This document shows, in pieces, positions 57,548 through 64,000 of a stretch of 64,000 bases of DNA. The position numbers were made by a program, and so were the translations under genes. This stretch comes from an uncultured delta proteobacterium (GTDB taxonomy: Bacteria; Myxococcota_A; Polyangia; Polyangiales; Polyangiaceae). The notes beneath the pieces were generated by a model. That model did not search any database and was not told the origin of the DNA. It saw only the letters and a program-made list of their open reading frames with translations. The stretch is from NCBI GenBank assembly GCA_963841435.1, contig CAWJCS010000006.1, forward strand, positions 672,001 to 736,000, given 5' to 3'. Each line of letters begins with the position of its first letter. Within the stretch, counting starts at the first letter, position 1.

Positions 57548-58702
57548 TTACGCGCTCTTGAGCTCGCCGCGCAGCCTGGGAAGCGCGCCCGGGTAGCCTT
57601 CTTGCACGAAGGCAATGAGCTTCTCGCGGATCTCGCAGCGCAGGTCCCAGGCGTCACTCGCGTTGGCAGCGCTCATGAGGGCGCGCAGGGTCATCGTCCG
57701 CTCGCTCGAGTCGGTAACCTGGAGTCCCCAGGTTTTCTTGTCCCACTTCTCGGAGCCGTCGAGCAGGCGCTTGAGCTCGGCGCGCAAGCGGTCCACGGGG
57801 ACGCTGTAGTCGAGGTGGAGGTTCACGGTGCCGAGAATGTCCGCCGACGCTCTCGTCCAGTTTTGGAACGGCTTTTCGATGAAGTAGCCGATCGGCACGA
57901 CGAGACGCCTGAGATCCCAGATGCGCACGACCACGTAGGTGAGCGCGATCTCTTCGATTCGGCCCCACTCGTTCTCGACGATCACGACGTCGTCGATGCG
58001 GATGGGCTGGCTGATGGCGATCTGGAGGCCCGCGAGCACCGTGGCGATCGTCTTTTGCGCGGCGAAGCCGAGCACGATGCCGGCGACGCCCGCCGAGGCG
58101 AGCAATCCCGTGCCGAGCTGACGGACCGAGTCGAACGTGGTGAGCACGAAGGCGATCGTGACGAGCCCAACCGCGAAAATCGCGATGTTGCCGAAGCTGC
58201 GAAACTGCGTCTGCAACGTGCGGGCCTTGAGGTTGTCGGCTACACCGAGATCGTAGCGGTGCTGCACGACCTCCTCGGCGACGCGAACGCATTTGATGAG
58301 CGCCCAACCGACGCCGAAGATGGTGGCGATGAGCACGGCGTGGTGCAGCGGTCCGCGTAGCTCCTTGGGCAGGGGCAAGAGCGAGACGACCGACGTGAGC
58401 GCCAGGACGGGGAATAGCCAGCGAATCGGGCGCGCCAGATGTTTGGCGATGGCATCGTCGATGATCGTGTCGGTGTGGCGCGCCCAGCGGCCCATCGCCC
58501 GTACCGTCAGGCCGCCCGCAACGCGACCCACGGTGATGGCGACGACGGCGCCGAGGAGCGACCACGCGAGCGGCTGCCATTCGCCGAATAGCCCGCGCAA
58601 GAGCCTGTCGAGCTCCGCTGGCAGCGTGGTGAGATCGGGTGCCGGCGCCCCGAAGGCGCCGGCAAACACCGGGGCGACTTGGAAGAGAGGTCCCTTTTGC
58701 AT
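57548..58702 (-). CDS. MscS-family mechanosensitive channel
   Basis: LLASAGVAGIVLGFAAQ..QPIRIDD...WGRIEEI.LTYVVVRIWD.RRLVVP; start trimmed to ATG 58702. Confidence 0.92.
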   Translation of the reverse strand: MQKGPLFQVAPVFAGAFGAPAPDLTTLPAELDRLLRGLFGEWQPLAWSLLGAVVAITVGRVAGGLTVRAMGRWARHTDTIIDDAIAKHLARPIRWLFPVLALTSVVSLLPLPKELRGPLHHAVLIATIFGVGWALIKCVRVAEEVVQHRYDLGVADNLKARTLQTQFRSFGNIAIFAVGLVTIAFVLTTFDSVRQLGTGLLASAGVAGIVLGFAAQKTIATVLAGLQIAISQPIRIDDVVIVENEWGRIEEIALTYVVVRIWDLRRLVVPIGYFIEKPFQNWTRASADILGTVNLHLDYSVPVDRLRAELKRLLDGSEKWDKKTWGLQVTDSSERTMTLRALMSAANASDAWDLRCEIREKLIAFVQEGYPGALPRLRGELKSA

Positions 58703-58801
58703 GGTGCCTGACCATCGCCACCCAGGTTCGAGGATGCAAGGGAACGGCGGGCCGCGGCGCTCCCGGGGCGCCGCCGCGCCGGGGCTCACGGCGGCACCTG
58801 G

Positions 58802-59758
58802 TTGCCGCGCGCCGGCCGTGAAGCTACCGTTTCAGGCAGCTTGCCAACCGAAAACCCGCTCGAAATCTTCTTGCAGGCACAAGCCTCGCAGGCTTCTACC
58901 TGGCTCCTCAACTACAAGCTCTACGCCGTCGTGGTGCTGCTGCTTGCGGCGTCGTTCGCGCGCCCCATTTATCGCTGGGCGCGGCCGATGTGGGTGAACG
59001 TGGCGCAGGATTATTTCTACGGCGTGTTTCACACGCTCGTCGTGTTTCCGTTCCTCGCGCTGTTCATCTTCTATTTCCAGCGTTTCCTACTCGCGACCTT
59101 CCCCGGCCTGAATCTCCACCTCTATTCGTACCTGCCAGGCTGGGCGCAGATCGTTCTCGCGTTTCTGGTTACCGATTTCCTCGGCTACGTGTCGCACGTG
59201 ATCCGCCACAAGGTGCGGCCGCTCTGGTTTTTTCACGTCATTCATCACTCGCAGCAGAAGGTCAATCCCCTCACCGTCAAGCGGTCCCACTTCTTCGAAA
59301 AGCTCATCGACCCGGGCATCTTCAAGACCGTGCCCTTCATCGTCATGGGCAGCCCCGTCGAGACGTTTGCCTTGTTCTACGCGCTCGACGCCGCTTGGGA
59401 CTACTACCAGCACAGCAACCTCGACATCGATCTCGGGCCGCTGCGCTACGTTCTCGTCTCGCCGCGCTACCACCGCCTTCACCATTCGCGTCTGCCCGAG
59501 CACATGGACAAGAACTTTTCCGATCGGCTCGTGCTCTGGGATCTGATGTTCGGCACCGCCTCGTTCGACTACCGCCGGAGCTTCCCGACGGGCGTCGACG
59601 CCCCGGGTCTCGCGCTCGAGGACGGCAAGGGGCTCCTCGGCGCGCTCAAGGCGTTCGTGAGCCAGCTTGGTTACCCGTTCCGCAGGAACTACGAGTACTT
59701 CAGGAACGAGTGGCGCCGCGCGCCGCCGGTCACGAAGCCTCCCGTGCCCGCGCAGTGA
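58802..59758 (+). CDS. Sterol desaturase/fatty acid hydroxylase family protein
   Basis: His boxes HVIRH, HVIHH, QHSN and HRLHH; NF..L.LWD..FGT. Start uncertain (TTG 58802 or 58841). Confidence 0.88.
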   Translation: MPRAGREATVSGSLPTENPLEIFLQAQASQASTWLLNYKLYAVVVLLLAASFARPIYRWARPMWVNVAQDYFYGVFHTLVVFPFLALFIFYFQRFLLATFPGLNLHLYSYLPGWAQIVLAFLVTDFLGYVSHVIRHKVRPLWFFHVIHHSQQKVNPLTVKRSHFFEKLIDPGIFKTVPFIVMGSPVETFALFYALDAAWDYYQHSNLDIDLGPLRYVLVSPRYHRLHHSRLPEHMDKNFSDRLVLWDLMFGTASFDYRRSFPTGVDAPGLALEDGKGLLGALKAFVSQLGYPFRRNYEYFRNEWRRAPPVTKPPVPAQ

Positions 59759-59818
59759 GCGGCGCTCGGCCGGCCCCGCGCCCGCAACACCCGGAAAGGA
59801 CCCGCGCCGCGCGTGGGC

Positions 59819-62122
59819 TCACGGGGTCGATGCTCGAGGTCTGCCGAATGCGACGAGCACGACGGTCAAGAGTCCGCCCATCATGCTCGTGAGGAGCATG
59901 AAGCGCCGGAGCGCCGACTCGCGCCCTTCGATCTCGATTCGGTGCGCTCCCCCGGGAGAGGTGACGGCAATCGTGTCGAACGCCGTGCGCTGGAACGGCA
60001 CTTCGCGGCCGTCGATCCGCACCGAGAGGTGCGAGCTGTACGCGTAGGCGAGCTCGAGGAAGCTCGGACTGCTCTCGTAGTCGATGCTCACGCGATTCGG
60101 CTCGGTCTTGACCCGTTGAACGCGCAGGGTCACGGGTCCGCCCAGCGTCTCGCCGTCGGCATCGATCACGAAAATGGCGGCAGCGCGCGCCGAGCTTCGG
60201 TCGAGCGCCAGCCCCTCGAGGAGCCGCGCCGTCTCCTCGAACGGTACTTCGCGGTGCTCGAACGAAGCTTTGAGCCCCCAGCCCTCCTGGCGCTGAATCT
60301 TGGGGGTGGCCACGCGGACGCGCCGCGGCGCCGCGATGACGACGGAGTGTTCGGCGAGGGAAAATGCCGAAAGGCCGCGCTCGAGCCCGAATCCGCCGCG
60401 CTTCTCCTCGAACACCTCCTCGGGGTCGCGGCCAATCTGCTCCTCGTGCAAAATCAGGCGCCGGACGCCGAGCACGTAGAAGCCGTCGAGCGTGCGCGGC
60501 CCGAATGGCTCGCGACGGTCGTAGTGTTCCTCGGCCCCACGCTGCGCTATCGCCATCCACATCGAGAGCCCGGGAGGAGCGACCTCGATGAGTGGTCCGA
60601 AGACCGTCTCGTGCTTGCCGAACAGGTACACGAAGCTCGGCCAGACCACACGCCGATCGGTCGGCAGGTTAACGACGCGCTCGCCGTCACCGGCGTGAAC
60701 GGTCGCGTAGAATCTTCGCAGGTAGTCGAAGCTCGGGTAGCCGAGCTGTGCGGTCATGGCGAGCGAGTCCAGGCAGGAGAGCGCGAGCACGACGACGCTC
60801 GTTCGCTTCGAGACGAGACGCTCCAGCTCGCGAAAGCCGAGGCCCGCGCCCGCGGCGATGCCGAAGAGCAACGCCGGGACGTGACGGGTGCTTTCCAGCA
60901 CCGCCGCGAACACCGTGAGCGCGAAGAACGTGGGGAGAGCGCGCTGTTTCCGCCGGACGTCGGCGCGAAGACCGAGAAGCGCCAGCACCACCATCCCGAG
61001 GCCGAGGTAGTGGATCGGTCGCTCCCGGAACGGCGCGGGCACGAGCGCCCACAAGAACTTGAGGCCAGGCGCATTCGTTCCCAACACCGCGGCCGCTTTC
61101 GACGACGCGCTCACCTCGACGATCTCCATGGCGAGCGGGATCGTCCAGAAGCTCGAGAGCAGCGCGCCGAGCGCGAAGGCGCCCGAAAGGCCCACGAGCG
61201 TCTCGCGGACTCGGCCGAGGTCGATGCCGCGGACGAGCGCGTAGACCGAGAAATCCACGAGCATGAACGCGCCGTCAACCTGATGGGTGAGCAACAAGAG
61301 GCAGCTCAGCACGCCGACGCACGCGGCGGTGAGTCTCGGCGTCAGTCGCCCCGAGAGCCTGAGCTCCCACACCCAGAACAAGAGCGGAACCAGGAGGTAG
61401 AGCAGCGACAGCTGGGTCCGCCCCGAAAACACCCGCCCGAAGTGGTCGAAGCAGAGGCCGTAGGCGAGGGCCGAGACGGCCGCGACACGCGAGTCCTTCG
61501 TCACGGTGCGGCTGTAGCCGAAGACGGCGGCCGCGGACCCCAGATGAAACACGAAGAACAGGAGCTTGTTGGCGAGGTTCAACCCGACGAGAAGACCGAG
61601 ACTTCCCGACACGAGCCAATAGAGCCAGCCGTAGTAGGCGTACGGCGCGCAGCCGAGGTACCAGTAAAAGCTCCAGTACGCGCTCTTGCCGCTCGCGAGC
61701 ACGTCCATGAAGTGAGCGGTGAGCGCCTGGAACTGCCAGGCGTCCCGCAGCATGACGTCGCCGCGCGCGAGGTAGGGCAGGCCGGCAAGCGCAACGACCG
61801 AGAGCGGAACGATCCACGCGCGGCCGCGCTCGTCCAGCGCGCTCCAGATGGTTTTGAACCTTCCGCTGAGGCCGAGCCCCACGAAGATCAGTGCGGCGGC
61901 CATCGCGACGAGCAAGAGGGCGCGGTCGCCACCGGGCAGGCAGGCCGCCGTCGTGGTCACGAGTGACGCGGAGTCCGCCCTGACCCCGACGTGCTCGATG
62001 ATGCACGAGCGGAGCGGAGGCATGCGCTCGAGCTGCAGGTAGGCGATGTCGAGGGCGAGCACGCCTCCGCTCAGGGCGTGGACCGTGGCCAGCGTCCTCG
62101 ACGGTTCTTCCAGCGCTTTCAA
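59819..62122 (-). CDS. YfhO/PTPS-related polytopic membrane protein (putative GT-C glycosyltransferase)
   Basis: Many TM helices; D..(H/Q) loop and W..YWY.G..P..YYG; YfhO-like C-terminus L...Y....VRIDG.....GGAHRIEI followed by a final TM. Confidence 0.7.
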   Translation of the reverse strand: MKALEEPSRTLATVHALSGGVLALDIAYLQLERMPPLRSCIIEHVGVRADSASLVTTTAACLPGGDRALLLVAMAAALIFVGLGLSGRFKTIWSALDERGRAWIVPLSVVALAGLPYLARGDVMLRDAWQFQALTAHFMDVLASGKSAYWSFYWYLGCAPYAYYGWLYWLVSGSLGLLVGLNLANKLLFFVFHLGSAAAVFGYSRTVTKDSRVAAVSALAYGLCFDHFGRVFSGRTQLSLLYLLVPLLFWVWELRLSGRLTPRLTAACVGVLSCLLLLTHQVDGAFMLVDFSVYALVRGIDLGRVRETLVGLSGAFALGALLSSFWTIPLAMEIVEVSASSKAAAVLGTNAPGLKFLWALVPAPFRERPIHYLGLGMVVLALLGLRADVRRKQRALPTFFALTVFAAVLESTRHVPALLFGIAAGAGLGFRELERLVSKRTSVVVLALSCLDSLAMTAQLGYPSFDYLRRFYATVHAGDGERVVNLPTDRRVVWPSFVYLFGKHETVFGPLIEVAPPGLSMWMAIAQRGAEEHYDRREPFGPRTLDGFYVLGVRRLILHEEQIGRDPEEVFEEKRGGFGLERGLSAFSLAEHSVVIAAPRRVRVATPKIQRQEGWGLKASFEHREVPFEETARLLEGLALDRSSARAAAIFVIDADGETLGGPVTLRVQRVKTEPNRVSIDYESSPSFLELAYAYSSHLSVRIDGREVPFQRTAFDTIAVTSPGGAHRIEIEGRESALRRFMLLTSMMGGLLTVVLVAFGRPRASTP

Positions 62123-62281
62123 AGATTTCTCGCCCCAATCCGCCTCACGAATCCTTGCGAGGCTCGCGTTCGTATCATCCGGCGCCCGCCGGACAAAGTG
62201 GTGGGTCGGGTGGCACCGAAGACCTGCGCGCGGGCACGAACCGCGCTAAATTTCCGACCCCTCTGCCCCCGAGTGACAACG

Positions 62282-63100
62282 ATGGAACCCTCGCGCCCAA
62301 ACGCCGCCCTTCGAGCCGCCCTCCGGGTTCCGCTCTTCGCCACGGCCGTGGGGCTCGTCGGGGCTTGTGGGGCCCCAGCGGAGCCAAGCGCCCCGACGTT
62401 CGGCGGCCAGGGCGCGGTGATCGACCCCGGGGCCGCTGCCGGTCGCGTCGAGGCCAGCTCCGCGCCCGCGGACCCCTGTGCCGAACCCGCGCCCGAAAGC
62501 GAGGACGTGCGCGTCGAGGACTTCGAGGACGGCGACAATCGTCTGTTCGGAGGGTTCGAGCGCGAGGGCTACTGGTACTCGGCCACCGACCACACGCCGG
62601 GCGCGACGGTCTTCCCGCCGGCCGGCACCTTCCAGCCTTCCAAGCTCGCCGAGGGTGAAGCGACGCTCGAAAACCAGCTCGCCGCCCACTTCACGGCGGA
62701 GGGTGAGAAGGACTGGGGCGTGACGTGGGGCACGACGCTGCGCCACGTCGGTCCCGCATCGAAATGCGCGTTCAACGTCGGGAAGTTCGCCGGCCTCCGG
62801 TTCCGCGCGCGAGGCAAGGGCTCCGTCAGTCTCCGCTTCGGCATGCCCGACACCGTCGCGGCGGAGTACGGAGGCCGCTGCGTCGAGCGCTGCTGGGACT
62901 TGCACGGCACGATCATCCACCTGTCGGACGACTGGCGGGTGCGCGAGGTCCGCTGGGACCAGCTTCAGCAGGGCGGCTGGGGCAAATCGGTTCGCTTCGA
63001 TCCGAGGCGGATCCTCGGCATCGAGTTTGCGGCCTCGCCGAAGTATTTGCCGGCCGATTTCTGGGTCAACGACTTTAGTTGGATCGTCGCCGGCGAGTGA
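62282..63100 (+). CDS. Lipoprotein with galactose-binding-like (CBM11/CIA30-type) domain
   Basis: Lipobox LVGAC; VEDFEDGD...GYWY...D, GLRFRARG, W..LQQ.GWG and DFWVNDF; start trimmed to ATG 62282. Confidence 0.7.
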   Translation: MEPSRPNAALRAALRVPLFATAVGLVGACGAPAEPSAPTFGGQGAVIDPGAAAGRVEASSAPADPCAEPAPESEDVRVEDFEDGDNRLFGGFEREGYWYSATDHTPGATVFPPAGTFQPSKLAEGEATLENQLAAHFTAEGEKDWGVTWGTTLRHVGPASKCAFNVGKFAGLRFRARGKGSVSLRFGMPDTVAAEYGGRCVERCWDLHGTIIHLSDDWRVREVRWDQLQQGGWGKSVRFDPRRILGIEFAASPKYLPADFWVNDFSWIVAGE

Positions 63101-64000
63101 TGGCCATGGGGTTCGGTCGGCGCTTTCGCGGGCTTTTCGTGGCGGGCGCCGTGGTCTCTTGCGCCGTCCTTTCGGGCTGCGCCGCGTTGCCGGCGCGTCA
63201 CGCTCCCATGGAAGCGCTGCTTTCGACGCGCCTGCGGCGACTCAGTAACGTCGAGTACGAGCGCAGCGCCGACGCGTTGCTCGGACTCGACGAAGCGATC
63301 CGCGACGAGCTCCCGCCGGACGAGCGACAGGACGGTTACGCCATCAACGAGCGGCAGGCCGTCCCGTCGTACTACCTGAGCGAGCTTTCGCGCGTGGCCG
63401 ACCGCTTGTCGGACGAGGCCGTGGCTCGGCGCCTGCCGAAGCTCGTCCCGTGCCCCGAAAGCGACGCACCGCGATCGATCTGCGTCGACCGCGCGCTCGA
63501 AAAGCTCGCCTTCGACGCCTTTCGGCGCCCGCCGACGGCACTCGAGCGGTCGGCGTTGCAGAAGCTGTTCGAGCGAGCCGCAAAAGATCCCGATCCCGCA
63601 GGAGCCCACGAGGCTCCGCGCGCGCGCGGCACGCGCGCCGTGCTTTCCACGCTGCTCGCTTCGCCCAGCATGCTTTACCTGAGCGAGCTCGGTGACACGG
63701 CGGCTTTGGGTGACGTAGCGACGCTCACCCCCTACGAGATCGCGAGCAGCCTCGCCTATGCCGTCACGGGCGGGCCGCCCGACGCCGAGCTGCTTGCCGC
63801 CGCCGCCGACCCGGGCCTGCTGTTCGACCCGCGGGCCCGCGAGGCGCAAGCGCGCCGTCTGCTCTCGCTGTCCTCGACCCGTCACCACTTTCGCGAGTTC
63901 GTGCTCGAGTGGCTCGAGGTCGACCAGCTCGAGCGCACGGCCAAGGCCGTCACCCTGGTCCCGGACTACGACGAGGTGAAGAGTCACATGCTCGCGGAGA
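63100..64000 (+). CDS. DUF1587/DUF1595/DUF1592-domain lipoprotein (partial, runs off the window edge)
   Basis: Not in the ORF track. The ATG overlaps the upstream TGA; VLSGC lipobox; LRRLSNVEYE, AFRRP, LASPSMLY and LTPYEIASSLAY..GGPPDAELL. Confidence 0.85.
   Translation, partial: MAMGFGRRFRGLFVAGAVVSCAVLSGCAALPARHAPMEALLSTRLRRLSNVEYERSADALLGLDEAIRDELPPDERQDGYAINERQAVPSYYLSELSRVADRLSDEAVARRLPKLVPCPESDAPRSICVDRALEKLAFDAFRRPPTALERSALQKLFERAAKDPDPAGAHEAPRARGTRAVLSTLLASPSMLYLSELGDTAALGDVATLTPYEIASSLAYAVTGGPPDAELLAAAADPGLLFDPRAREAQARRLLSLSSTRHHFREFVLEWLEVDQLERTAKAVTLVPDYDEVKSHMLAE

Noticed and set aside
29283-59758. Sterol pathway linking the ChoD-like oxidase and the sterol-desaturase-family gene
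   Set aside because: They lie about 28 kb apart, both families are broad, and no squalene or cyclase genes are in the window.

Overview
A very GC-rich (~70%) chromosomal window, most likely from a myxobacterium (Polyangiaceae/Sorangium-like). That assignment is inferred from the TIGR04551-like barrel, TSP3-repeat protein, Ser/Thr kinase, DUF1592 protein and Gly-rich lipoproteins. 1-26 kb is mostly core and envelope genes: two CxxC redoxins, a TraB-like TSP3 protein without OmpA, RNase HI, alaS with a +1 frameshift, murB, DHH/GDPD phosphoesterases and dprA-topA-trmFO-relA. It also holds a putative operon with two apparent pseudo-enzymes, a tandem HARE-HTH/degenerate Mrr protein and an agmatinase-fold protein lacking 5 of 6 metal ligands. 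26-36 kb is mixed accessory genes. 37-64 kb is a glycan (largely pectin) degradation island. Eight lipoproteins there share the build lipobox + ~100-155 aa Gly/Ala/Ser linker + catalytic or propeller domain (GH43, gluconolactonase, beta-helix, YWTD, alginate-lyase-like+CBM, PL9, PL1, CE8). The island also has GH5, two AraC regulators and two unannotated CAZyme remnants (an internally deleted GH35/DUF5597 gene and a GH62 C-terminal relic) flanking the XylR-type regulator. No rRNA, tRNA, CRISPR array, IS or integrase was seen. Family calls come from motif recognition by eye, not database searches.
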